Below are positions 31,149 to 40,908 of a stretch of DNA of 64,000 nucleotides, piece by piece. Positions within the stretch are counted from its first letter, which is position 1, and each line of letters begins with the position of its first letter. Position numbers and translations under genes: made by a program. The notes beneath the pieces are model-generated. The model was not told the DNA's origin and made no database searches. It was given only the letters and a program-made list of their open reading frames with translations. Source of the DNA: an uncultured Clostridium sp. (GTDB lineage: Bacteria; Bacillota; Clostridia; TANB77; CAG-508); assembly GCA_946411515.1 (NCBI GenBank), contig CAMKEH010000006.1:3560-67559 (forward strand). The letters are read 5' to 3'.

Positions 31149-31604
31149 TTATTCTTCTTCCTTTTTTCCTTCGTCTAATACTACTTTTTCATTTTTTGCT
31201 GTATCTGTATTTACACCTTGAACATGAACATTTACTTCTTCAACATTTAGTCCTGTCATACTTTCTACTGCTTTTTTTACTCTGTTTTGGATTTCAAAAG
31301 CAACATCTGGTATTCTTGAACCATATTCTACAATAATATTTACATCAATTTTTGCAGTATTTTCAATTACTTCTACTTTTATTCCTTTAGCTAAGTTTTT
31401 CTTTCCACTTAACACTTCTGATATTCCTCCTGCAAATCCTCCTGCCGTATCAGCAACTCCTGATACTTCAGATACTGCAACTCCGGCTATTACTGCAACT
31501 ACATCATCTGATATTTTTATTCCGTCATTTTCTTCTTTTATTTCTGTTTCTAGTTCTACTATCTCCTCTTTTACTTCTTCTTTGTTTTCTTTTTCTTTAC
31601 TCAT
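31149..31604 (-). CDS. Asp23/Gls24-family envelope stress protein
   Basis: 151-aa ORF with ISDDVVAVIAGVAVSEVSGV typical of Asp23. Confidence 0.85.
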   Translation of the reverse strand: MSKEKENKEEVKEEIVELETEIKEENDGIKISDDVVAVIAGVAVSEVSGVADTAGGFAGGISEVLSGKKNLAKGIKVEVIENTAKIDVNIIVEYGSRIPDVAFEIQNRVKKAVESMTGLNVEEVNVHVQGVNTDTAKNEKVVLDEGKKEEE

Positions 31605-31697
31605 AATAAACCTCCATTAAAAAAGATATACTTAATTTATATTATTAAGTATATCAATTTTTTCCTATTTTTACAACCATTTTTAGGAAATATTTCT

Positions 31698-33141
31698 TTA
31701 TTTCTTTACATATTTAACATATCCTTCTTTATCTGTTCCCACTATATTGTAATTATCTGTTATATAACTTCCTATTTCTGTTATGTCTGATCTAATATAT
31801 ATACTATTTATTGATGAATTACATAAAATCCATCCGCAACTAAAATATCTAGTAAGACTTTTTGTAATATTGGCAGAATCAATTATTACTGTATTCAAAT
31901 TGCTACAATCTTGAAAAGCTCTATCTCCTATATCTTTCACATTTTCTCCAATTAATACACTATTTATGCCACACTGATTAAATGACCAACCCGCAATTTT
32001 TTCAGTTGAATTTTTAATTATTATATCACCAATAGTTGCATTTGGTGCCTTTAATAATGTTTTTTCATCATAAGAATATAAAATATTATCAATTATTTTA
32101 TATTCACTATTATTACTCATGGATATTTCTTCAAAACTGCTACATCCTGAGAATGCATTTAGAGCACTTTTACTGTTTGCATAACCAGATATACCTGTAA
32201 ATGTTACTTTTTTTAATTTATTACTACCGGAAAAAAGCCCATGACATTGAATCTAAGTTTTCTGGTAATACTATTTCATTTAACGACATCCCTCCTAATG
32301 AATATGATTGCATAGTTCTTATTGTATTTGCTAATCTTACCTCTATAATATTTGAAACATTTTGGAATGCTCTTTGTCCTAATATAGTTACACTTTTATG
32401 TTTATATTCACTAGGTATTATAACTATTGCTTTACAATTAGGATTTGAAACAAGTCCACAACCACCTCTTTGACCTATTCCATCTCCAACCATATAACTT
32501 ACAATTTCATTTTCATTTGTAGTTATATTTCCATTACTGTCTAGTCCAGTAAATACTAATGTGGTATCATCATTACATATTAAATAATATGATACTTGTA
32601 TTGTTTTATTTTCTGTTATTTCTCCTTCTATTTTTTCTTCTGATGATTCATATTTATCAATTGCTGGTGGTAATTTTGAATAATTATTTGTTACTATTGT
32701 GTATTCATATTCTCCTAGTACTTCATTTTTACTATTTACGCATTGTACTTTTAGAGTTTTTTCTCCTGTTGCATTTTCTATATGGCTTATATTTCCATCC
32801 TTGTTCACTTCATAATATCTATTACTTTCAAATTTTACTGTAAAACTTCCTATATCTTCAGCTATTATACTTGCTTTATTTCCTGTTTTTGAATTTGCAA
32901 CTAAAGCTTCATTAAAGTTATTTTTTTCTAAATTTCCTTGTCTATTTTCAGCTTGTGCTTGAATAGCAGATATAGAAATTATATCTTTTTCTTCTGCTAT
33001 TTCTGATTGTGATTTTGCATCTCCTGCTTTAGTTAATAATCCATTTTCTCCTGTTAATGTGCTAATTGTCACTCCTGCCAATATCAATAAAACTAATATT
33101 GTTATTACTAATGCTATTAATGTTATTCCTTTGTTTTTCAT
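31698..33141 (-). pseudogene. Prepilin-type N-terminal domain protein with C-terminal BspA-type leucine-rich repeats, frame broken by one C insertion
   Basis: Start at MKNKGITLIALVITILVLLILAG. ORF pieces 32224-33180 and 31698-32120 join if one C is removed from TTC[C]GGT (~32229), giving ...SWAFFGSNKLKKVTFTG... Confidence 0.7.
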
Positions 33142-33260
33142 TCTTTTCTCTCCTTTTAATTTTATTAAACACAAAAACAAGACTAAAAACCTAAAATTAT
33201 ATTAGGTTTAGTCTTGTTTTATTTATATCTATTTTATTTATTTTGTTAATTAAATTACTG

Positions 33261-33282
33261 CTCTCTCTCTCTCTCTCTCTCT
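33261..33282. repeat. (CT)11 dinucleotide microsatellite
   Basis: 22 nt of perfect CT repeats in the intergenic region upstream of the pilin-LRR gene. Confidence 0.95.
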
Positions 33283-33335
33283 TACAGCCATAAGGCTTTT
33301 ATTTGTTATCTTTTGCATTTTTATCCTTCCTTCTT

Positions 33336-33731
33336 TTATTTTTCTTCAATATATTTTTCTATTAATTTGATTAATTCATCTGCTGTTTCTATTTGTTTTT
33401 TAGTTTTTTCTGAATTTACAATAAACTCATCATCATAATCACTATCTTCTCTCATTTTACTTGCTTCAGAAATTCTTCTTCCCATTGTTTTAGGAAAAAT
33501 CTCTGTATTTATATAATTTTTATTAAAATATGCTTGAACATCTTTATGTCTTTTAAAATCAATTGGTTCTAATGCTAAAACAGATTTTATGCTGTGAAAT
33601 ATTGAATAATATGCTCTATTATTAGCTGATTTATATAATTTTAGATCATACATTGCATTTGCTGCAGTTAGCTCTTCTTTAGCTTGTTCTAATCTATGTT
33701 TTGCTAATTCTTTAGATATTTTTGGACTCAC
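33336..33731 (-). CDS. HEPN-domain protein (HepT-like toxin of an MNT/HEPN pair)
   Basis: 131-aa ORF with a GTG start behind GGAAGGAG. Helical, with an R-x4-6-H-like motif (RAYYSIFH). It overlaps the upstream nucleotidyltransferase gene. Confidence 0.75.
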   Translation of the reverse strand: MSPKISKELAKHRLEQAKEELTAANAMYDLKLYKSANNRAYYSIFHSIKSVLALEPIDFKRHKDVQAYFNKNYINTEIFPKTMGRRISEASKMREDSDYDDEFIVNSEKTKKQIETADELIKLIEKYIEEK

Positions 33732-34074
33732 TTAGCACAACTCCTTCCTTTTGTACGTTCATATAAAAAGGTAATGCTTCTAGCCAGTAATTGAATTTAT
33801 CTATATTTTTTACTAATGGCGATACTACTATATCAAAATTATTCTCCCATTCTATATCATAAGCTATATCCCATACTTTTTCTCTTTGTTCTATTATTTC
33901 ATTATCTGTCAAATCAGTTAAAATCATAATATCTATGTCTGAACTTTCATCAAAATCTCCTCTTGCATATGAGCCATATAGTATAATCTTTTTTATTCTT
34001 TCTCCTAGCAAGATATTTACTTTAGATATAAATTCTTGTATTATTTTATTTGTCTTTGTAGGAATTTTTTTCAT
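33712..34074 (-). CDS. Minimal nucleotidyltransferase (MntA-like antitoxin)
   Basis: 120-aa ORF with the Pol-beta NTase motif LYGSYARGDFDESSDIDI. Confidence 0.8.
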   Translation of the reverse strand: MKKIPTKTNKIIQEFISKVNILLGERIKKIILYGSYARGDFDESSDIDIMILTDLTDNEIIEQREKVWDIAYDIEWENNFDIVVSPLVKNIDKFNYWLEALPFYMNVQKEGVVLSESKNI

Positions 34075-34090
34075 AATTACCTCTTTCTTT

Positions 34091-34282
34091 TTAAAAATTA
34101 AAATATAGAATTAATCCTCCTATGATTGCAATAATAAAACCTAATATTTTTAACCCTAAACTTCCTTCGTTTTGGTCTCCAAATCCAAAAAACTTTTTAG
34201 TTATTAATCTTGCATCATATATAAGTATTACTCCTGCAAATACCATAAGTATTGCAATTAATTTTATTATAATCTGTAACAT
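34091..34282 (-). CDS. Small 2-TM membrane protein
   Basis: 63-aa hydrophobic ORF. Coding status is uncertain. Confidence 0.35.
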   Translation of the reverse strand: MLQIIIKLIAILMVFAGVILIYDARLITKKFFGFGDQNEGSLGLKILGFIIAIIGGLILYFNF

Positions 34283-34345
34283 TTTATCTACATCCTTTTT
34301 GTTTTACATTTATAATATACAATTTTTATTTTAAAAAGTCAATGA

Positions 34346-36393
34346 CTATATTTCTATTCTCTTCATAAATTTTTCTTTTATTAATTCTTTTAATAATTTA
34401 TTTTTATCTTTTTCAAGTTTTGGATCATCTGATAATATTTTAATTGCAACTGACTGAACCATTTTTAGTGTTTCTATATCTTCAAAAAGATTGGCAATTT
34501 TAAATTCTGGAAGTCCGGTGTTGCATTGTTCCAAAGAAATCTCCTGCACCTCTTAATTCTAAGTCTTTTTCTGATATAACAAATCCATCATTTGTTTCAC
34601 ACATTACTTTCATTCTTTTTCTTATATTTTCACTTTTACCTTCATATTTTAATATACAATATGACTGATACTCTCCTCTTCCAACTCTTCCACGTAATTG
34701 GTGTAGTGCTGCTAATCCAAATCTTTCTGCGTTTTCAATTACCATTACATTACTATTTGGAACATCTACTCCAACTTCTATTACAGTTGTAGAAATTAAA
34801 ATATCTATTTCTTTGTTTTTAAATCTTTGCATAATCAAGTCTTTATCTTTAGGTCTCATTTTTCCATGTATATATTCTACTTTATATTCTGGGAAAATTT
34901 CTTTACTATATGTTTCATATAGTTCTTCAACAGATTTTAAATCCATTTCTTCATTTTCTTCAACTAATGGACATACAATATATGCTTGTCTTCCTTCTTC
35001 AATTTGTTTTTTTATAAAAGCATTTACTCTATCTGTCATATTTTTACCAACAGCAAATGTTTCTATTTGTTTTCTATTTGGAGGAAGTTCATCTATTATT
35101 GAAATATCTAAATCTCCATATAAAATAAGAGCAAGTGTCCTTGGTATTGGTGTTGCTGTCATAACTAATACATCTGGATTATCTCCTTTTTCTGCAATTT
35201 TAGTTCTTTGTTTTACACCAAATCTATGTTGTTCATCTGTTACAACTAACCCTAGATTTTTAAATCTAACATTTTCTTCAATAATCGCATGTGTACCAAT
35301 TAATATATCAATTTCTCCATCCTCTAATCTTGCTAAAATTTCTTCTTTTTTCTTCTTAGTAATTCCAGATACTAATAATTCACATTTTATATCTAATTTT
35401 TCTAATATATTTTTAAAATTTTCTAGGTGCTGAGTTGCTAAAATCGCAGTAGGTGCCATTATTGCTGCTTGATAACCACTCTTTACTGCTTTATATGCTG
35501 CACACATTGCAACAACAGTTTTCCCGTGAACCAACATCTCCTTGTAGTAATCTATTCATTGGTTTATCAGATTCCATATTTTCATCTATTTCTTCTAGTA
35601 CTCTTAATTGTGCTTTTGTTAAATTAAATGGCAATGTATTTATTACATCTGACATTTTTACATCTTTAGAAAATTCAATTCCTTTTTCATCATTCATATA
35701 GCTATTTTTTAATTCTAATAATGCAAGTTGTACTGATAATAATTCTTCAAATACTAGTCTTTTTCTTGCAATATCAAAGTCTTTAAATTCTTCTGGAAAA
35801 TGAATTTCTTTTGTTGCATCATTTATATTTTCTAGTTTATATTCTTCTAATATATAATTTGGTAGAGTTTCATCTAAATTCCTATATGCTTCTTTTATTC
35901 CCGCTTCCATTATCTTTCTAATAGCATTTTGAGATAAGTTGTATGTTAATGGATAAATAGGTATAATTCTCCCTGTATTTTGAGTTTTTTCTTCCATATC
36001 AAAGACAGGAGAATTAAACATTACTTTTCCTCCCTTTTTTGATACTTTACCAAAAAACTTATATTTCTCTCCCACTTTAAATTTACTTTTTAAATATGGT
36101 TGATTAAACCATGTAATAGTTGCAGATCCTGTTTCATCTCTAACTATCACTCGTTGCATAGTTTTTCCCTTTAGTCTTACATTTGTCATATTGTTGCAAA
36201 TAACTGCTTCTATTAATACTTCTTCACCATCTTCACATTCAAAAATAAATTTCGGTTTATTTCTATCTTCATAGGTTCTTGGATAATATGTAATTAAATC
36301 TTTTAATGTAAAAATTCCTAATCTATTTAATAGCTGTACTCTTGTTGGTCCTACTCCTTTTATATATTTTACATCTTTATTTAAATCTAACAT
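34346..36393 (-). pseudogene. recG: ATP-dependent DNA helicase RecG, frame broken twice by single-C insertions
   Basis: ORF pieces 35491-36393, 34500-35537 and 34346-34549. The breaks are TCA[C]GGG inside Walker A GDVGS-G-KT (35526) and CAC[C]GGA (~34517). DEQHRFG and QLRGRVGRG are present. Confidence 0.9.
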
Positions 36394-36401
36394 TGTTTCT
36401 C

Positions 36402-37109
36402 CTAAATTTTATATAATTTAAAATCTAATCCATCTGCACTTACTAATTTAAAATCAATATCAAAATGTTTTCCTTCTACCGCTTCTTTTATAGAGGTACT
36501 ATGTAAATGTCCATAAAAACATTTTTTTATATTATATTTTTTCATAATCTTAATAAAATCGCTCATTTCATTATTTATTAAATTTAATTTGTTAATTGGT
36601 GGATAATGCATAAATACTATAATTTCTTTATCTTCTCCAAAATTATTTATTCCATCTTTTATAGATAATTCTAATCTTAAAGCTTCTCTTTTTAGAATTT
36701 TATCATCATCTTGAGTTTCTTCAGATTTACTCCAGCCTCTAGTTCCAACAATTATTTTATCTTCAAATTCAAATGAATTATTATGAATAAAATCTATATT
36801 TTTAAAATCATTTTCTTCTAAAAACTTTCTCATACTTTTAAGAGTTGTCCACCAATAATCATGATTTCCTTTTAATAATAATTTTTTTCCTGGTAAGTCA
36901 TTTAAAAACTTAAAATCTTCATCAGTATCTTTTAAATATGTAGCCCATGAAAAGTCACCTGGTAATACTACCAAGTCATTTTCTTTTACTTTTAAATTCC
37001 AATCATTTTTTATCTTTTCGAAATGTCCTTCCCAGTTGTTACCAAATATGTCCATTGGTTTATTTTCTTTAAAAGATAAATGTAAATCTCCTATTACATA
37101 TATTGACAT
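36402..37109 (-). CDS. Metallophosphoesterase
   Basis: Start at MSIYVIGDLHL (ATG 37107-37109, SD AGGAGA), with GDFSW and GNHDYWW motifs. Confidence 0.8.
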   Translation of the reverse strand: MSIYVIGDLHLSFKENKPMDIFGNNWEGHFEKIKNDWNLKVKENDLVVLPGDFSWATYLKDTDEDFKFLNDLPGKKLLLKGNHDYWWTTLKSMRKFLEENDFKNIDFIHNNSFEFEDKIIVGTRGWSKSEETQDDDKILKREALRLELSIKDGINNFGEDKEIIVFMHYPPINKLNLINNEMSDFIKIMKKYNIKKCFYGHLHSTSIKEAVEGKHFDIDFKLVSADGLDFKLYKI

Positions 37110-37142
37110 CTGTTTTCTCCTATATTTTTTAATTAAATTTGT

Positions 37143-37171
37143 TTGACTTTTTCTATTTTTAAGTATATAAT
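37143..37171 (+). promoter_or_regulatory. Promoter of candidate sRNA 1
   Basis: TTGACT, a 17-nt spacer, then TATAAT. Confidence 0.55.
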
Positions 37172-37177
37172 ATTTAT

Positions 37178-37257
37178 AGGAAATGAAAGACCACAATGTG
37201 GTTGCCTGATATTGATATAGAAGCACATCTCAACCGGCAAGTTACAGATGTGCTTTT
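37178..37257 (+). ncRNA. Candidate ~80-nt small RNA, putative antitoxin of a type I TA-like locus
   Basis: Bounded by a consensus promoter and a 9-bp terminator (AGCACATCT/AGATGTGCT plus a T-run). No credible ORF. The 5' half is homologous to the second locus at 57992-58078. Its 3' end is antisense to the 3' end of the convergent mini-ORF transcript. Confidence 0.4.
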
Positions 37258-37262
37258 AACTT

Positions 37263-37373
37263 TTATTTGCTTATAATTATTATATAAATAATTAAGGCAA
37301 ATACAACGATAGTTTCAGCAATTAAACCGAAAAAAAGTAAATATGTTAATTTTAATAAAACACTCTCTATCAT
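37263..37373 (-). CDS. 36-aa hydrophobic peptide (type I toxin-like)
   Basis: The peptide is MIESVLLKLTYLLFFGLIAETIVVFALIIYIIIISK. SD GGAGGTG lies 7 nt upstream. It is below the ORF-track size cutoff. Confidence 0.45.
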   Translation of the reverse strand: MIESVLLKLTYLLFFGLIAETIVVFALIIYIIIISK

Positions 37374-37456
37374 ATGTACCACCTCCATTCTCACAACACG
37401 AGTGCTGTGGATAAAAGTGGCAACCACATCTGTAATTTTCATCTCCTATGTTTTGT

Positions 37457-37485
37457 ACTATACAATAAATTTTTACTAAAAACAA
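37457..37485 (-). promoter_or_regulatory. Candidate promoter of the mini-ORF transcript
   Basis: Minus strand: TTGTTT, a 17-nt spacer, then TATAGT. Confidence 0.4.
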
Positions 37486-37533
37486 GCGAACATTTTAAAT
37501 CTTATAAATTTATATCTATTTTTATTAATTGTT

Positions 37534-38265
37534 TTATTTTAGTTCTGTTCCTCCCCATTCTACTACAGTAAAACCTTTTCTTTCTGGAGTAATTAATTCT
37601 TGTTCTTTAATTTCTATTTTCTCATCTAAAGCTTTCCAATCCATCATAATTCTAATTATACTATCTGGTTTTGGTGTTACTTCTAATGGCATAGAACTAT
37701 TTTGTTCTTCTTTTGTTTCAAATCTTATATAATTATATTTATTATTTTCCATTTTAGGAAGCCAATATATTATAAATTCTTCCGCTTCTCTTTCTGTTAG
37801 ACCTAATATTTCTAATTTTTCTTCTAAGAATTTTGCAGTATCTTCTCCTTTTATACAAAATCCTTCACTTATATCTATTTGCTTTTGAATATTTTTACCT
37901 TCCCAATATAAAGCATATAAATTTCTTCCAGTATTTTTATCTAACAAATTTCCATCTGGATTTGCAATTACTTTCCATCCATTCTCATATTTAGGATATG
38001 TACAAGATAGATACTCAGGATTTCCTAATTTTACTTCTACTTCAAGTGTTTCTTCTGGATATAAGTATATAATTGGTTTATCCCAAGATACACTATTATC
38101 TGATTTATTTCTATTTATAATTGACGGAGATCTTTGACTATTTTGATTATATATATCATTAATAATTATAAAAGCTAATACTATAGCTATTAATACTGAT
38201 ACTGTTAATAATATCAAAAGTATTATTGTTAATTTACTTAATTTCTTTGGTTTATCTAATTTCAT
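37534..38265 (-). CDS. Membrane-anchored protein of unknown function
   Basis: 243-aa ORF with one N-terminal TM and a soluble domain I do not recognise. Confidence 0.5.
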   Translation of the reverse strand: MKLDKPKKLSKLTIILLILLTVSVLIAIVLAFIIINDIYNQNSQRSPSIINRNKSDNSVSWDKPIIYLYPEETLEVEVKLGNPEYLSCTYPKYENGWKVIANPDGNLLDKNTGRNLYALYWEGKNIQKQIDISEGFCIKGEDTAKFLEEKLEILGLTEREAEEFIIYWLPKMENNKYNYIRFETKEEQNSSMPLEVTPKPDSIIRIMMDWKALDEKIEIKEQELITPERKGFTVVEWGGTELK

Positions 38266-38278
38266 TTTTATTTTCTCC

Positions 38279-39275
38279 TTATAATTTTAAATTAGGTACT
38301 GCATTTAAGTCTAATTCATTTCTTTTACCTTGTATATAATTATAATATCCAGCTGATGCTATCATTGCAGCATTATCTGTACAAAGTTTTAAATCTGGCA
38401 TATAAACTTTTATACCTTGTTCTTCTAGTTTTAAGAATTCTTTTCTTATGTATGAATTACTTGATACTCCTCCTGCTAATGCTATTGTTTTCATACCTGT
38501 TATTTCAATTGCTTTTTTTACATTTTCCATAAGCGTTTCTGTTACATTTTTTTGAAAGCTTGCACATAAATCTGCTTTATTAATATTTGGATTTTTATGA
38601 TGTAAATTTATCACTGCTGTTTTAATTCCACTAAAACTAAAATCTAATGTTTCTCCATCAAATTTAGTCTTTGGAAGTTCTATGTTTGCTTGTCCTTCCT
38701 TTGCTAAATTATCTACTTTAGGTCCTCCAGGATATCCTAATCCTACTACTCTTGCAACTTTATCAAAAGCTTCTCCTATTGCATCATCACGAGTTTTCCC
38801 TAAAACTTCAAATTCAGTATAATCTTTTACATGAATAATCTGAGTATTTCCACCTGACATCATTACGCAAATAAATGGTGGCTTAAGCTCTTTATATGTA
38901 ATATAATTTGCTGCTATATGACCTTCAATATGATTTACTCCAACTAAGGGTTTATTTGTAGCAAAACTTAAAGCTTTGCTATATGAAAGTCCAACAAGTA
39001 AAGCACCAACAAGACCTGGTCCATATGTTGGAGTTATTGCATCTATTTGATCTAATTTAATATTTGCTTCTTCTAATGCTTTTTTTGTTACTCTAGAAAT
39101 TGCTTCTATATGATTTCTAGATGCAATTTCTGGAACAACTCCGCCATATTTTTCATGAATTGGTATTTGCGTATCTATTATATTAGATAGTATTTCTCTT
39201 CCATTTTTAACTATTGCTACTGATGTTTCATCACAGCTTGATTCAATTCCGCATTGTTAATATATCTTTTCCCAT
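38279..39275 (-). pseudogene. tsaD: tRNA N6-adenosine threonylcarbamoyltransferase TsaD, frame broken by one C insertion
   Basis: ATG at 39273-39275, reading MGKDILTM then ATG[C]GGA (39251). Removing the C restores ...[14 protein letters not shown]...NHIEGHI... and continues into ORF 38279-38863. Confidence 0.9.
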
Positions 39276-39328
39276 TATTATATCTGTTAGTATTTTTCTA
39301 ACTTTTTCTCCTTTCAAAAATATAATCC

Positions 39329-39370
39329 AAAACAGGTTTTAAACTAATTAAAATGTCCAAAACCTGTTTT
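39329..39370 (-). terminator. Hairpin terminator after the M50 protease gene
   Basis: Perfect 12-bp stem AAAACAGGTTTT/AAAACCTGTTTT. Confidence 0.5.
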
Positions 39371-39373
39371 TAT

Positions 39374-40111
39374 TTATCGTATAATTAAACTTCCTAAATT
39401 AAGTATCCCTGTTGTTACTGCATTTATTACAGGTGAAATTATAATACTTGTAAGTCCTGTTATCCATAATACCACAAATAAAATTGAAAATAATTGCTCA
39501 TTATTTACAAAAAATTCTTTAGCTTTATATGGTAAAAATGGCATAATAATTTTAGAACCATCTAGTGGTGGTAATGGTATTAAGTTAAATATTCCTAACC
39601 CTATATTTATTGTAATTGTAGCTGAGATTAAAAGCATTACAACATAACCTACTGTAGTTGTTACAAATCCTACCCCTGCAAATTTATATATTAAACAATA
39701 TATTATTGTAAATACTATTGCAAGAAGTATATTCATAATAGGCCCTGCTGCAGAAACTATTGCATCTGCTTTTTCCATCGAGATTTTTCTTGTATAATTT
39801 CTAGGATTTACTTGTACTGGTTTTCCCCAACCAAATCCTGCAAACAATAGCATAAGTGATCCTATTGGATCTAAATGTGCAAATGGATTAAGTGTTAATC
39901 TTCCTTGATTTTTTGCAGTATTATCTCCTAATTTATATGCAACAAAACCATGTGCAAATTCATGAAATGTTATTGCAATTAAAACTCCTGGAATGCTTAC
40001 TAATAATCCAAAAAGAGCATTTGGATTGCTTATATACTGAACTAATGTAGTTAACACCATTATTCCTATAATTATATATATCATTCTTTTATCAAACGAA
40101 AAATTAAACAT
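39374..40111 (-). CDS. Site-2 protease family (M50) zinc metalloprotease
   Basis: 245-aa polytopic ORF with HEFAHGFVA and NLIPLPPLDG motifs. Confidence 0.8.
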   Translation of the reverse strand: MFNFSFDKRMIYIIIGIMVLTTLVQYISNPNALFGLLVSIPGVLIAITFHEFAHGFVAYKLGDNTAKNQGRLTLNPFAHLDPIGSLMLLFAGFGWGKPVQVNPRNYTRKISMEKADAIVSAAGPIMNILLAIVFTIIYCLIYKFAGVGFVTTTVGYVVMLLISATITINIGLGIFNLIPLPPLDGSKIIMPFLPYKAKEFFVNNEQLFSILFVVLWITGLTSIIISPVINAVTTGILNLGSLIIR

Positions 40112-40120
40112 ATCTTCTCC

Positions 40121-40726
40121 TTATAATTCATCTATTTTAAATGTTAAGTATCCTTCATATAAATAACTATTATCTATACCTTTCATATATACTTCTCTAT
40201 CATTAATTTTATCTGTCAGATTTTTCTTTAGCAATTCTTTTATTTCTACATCTTTAATAGAACTTCTTTCCATAGCAAGTAAATAGTCTGTTTTGTCTAC
40301 TTTACTCCAATCAACAACAACATTCAATTCTTTTTTCAGAATCAAATCTAACCATATTCTTGTACTTCTTCGATTTCCTTCTCTAAAAGGATGTGCAATA
40401 TTCATTTCAACATATTTTTCAATAAGTTCATCAAAGGTAGATTGTGGCATCTTTTCAATATTTTTTATTGCTTCTTCTAAATAACTAAGTGATGCAAATC
40501 TAAAGTTTCCTTTAGCAATATTTACTTTTCTTAATTTCCCCACAAAATCATATATATCTTCAAATAAATATTTATGAATTTTCTTTAAAGTTTCAAAAGT
40601 TCCTGCTTCCAAAGAATTTAAATAACCTGTTTCAAACATTTCTTTTGCTTTCTTTTTACTGATTTTTTCTTCTTGTCTTGCAAGTTCTGCTTGATCAGTA
40701 ATATTTAATTTATTTTCTAAAACCAC
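40121..40726 (-). CDS. Fic-family protein (adenylyltransferase-type)
   Basis: 201-aa ORF with the Fic motif HPFREGNRRSTR. Confidence 0.85.
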   Translation of the reverse strand: MVLENKLNITDQAELARQEEKISKKKAKEMFETGYLNSLEAGTFETLKKIHKYLFEDIYDFVGKLRKVNIAKGNFRFASLSYLEEAIKNIEKMPQSTFDELIEKYVEMNIAHPFREGNRRSTRIWLDLILKKELNVVVDWSKVDKTDYLLAMERSSIKDVEIKELLKKNLTDKINDREVYMKGIDNSYLYEGYLTFKIDEL

Positions 40727-40908
40727 TTCATTTTCTCCTGATTATTCTTTATACTTCATTACCTTAATTAATATATCATATTTTCATACAAATTACAATT
40801 AAAAATCTTAATTCTTGATTATAAATTACAAAAAATACTTAAATATTAAAAAAGGATAATTCCATATTGAACTATCCTTCTATATTTCTTTATAATTTGT
40901 TAATTTTT

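Noticed and set aside
33712-33731. The overlaps between adjacent ORFs (33712-33731, 43548-43570, and the ATGA overlaps at 6983-6986 and 44192) as further frameshift sites.
   Set aside because: Each downstream ORF has its own start codon and SD, and each upstream ORF ends at a natural C-terminus. These are ordinary translationally coupled overlaps with no CGG involved.
34813-35433. Long plus-strand ORFs in the track (for example 34813-35433 at 206 aa, 7743-8219, 47874-48401, 23444-23884, 4203-4592) lying antisense to conserved minus-strand genes.
   Set aside because: They are low-complexity (S/F/I/L-rich) mirror-frame ORFs, as expected in AT-rich DNA. They have no SD sequences and fully overlap genes with strong homology on the other strand.
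37263-37442. 59-aa upstream-extended version of the mini hydrophobic ORF (MKITDVVATFIHSTRVVRMEVVHMIESV…).
   Set aside because: The upstream ATG has GGAG immediately abutting it, with no spacing. The internal ATG at 37373 has a well-spaced GGAGGTG. The extension covers the sequence that behaves as a structured leader.
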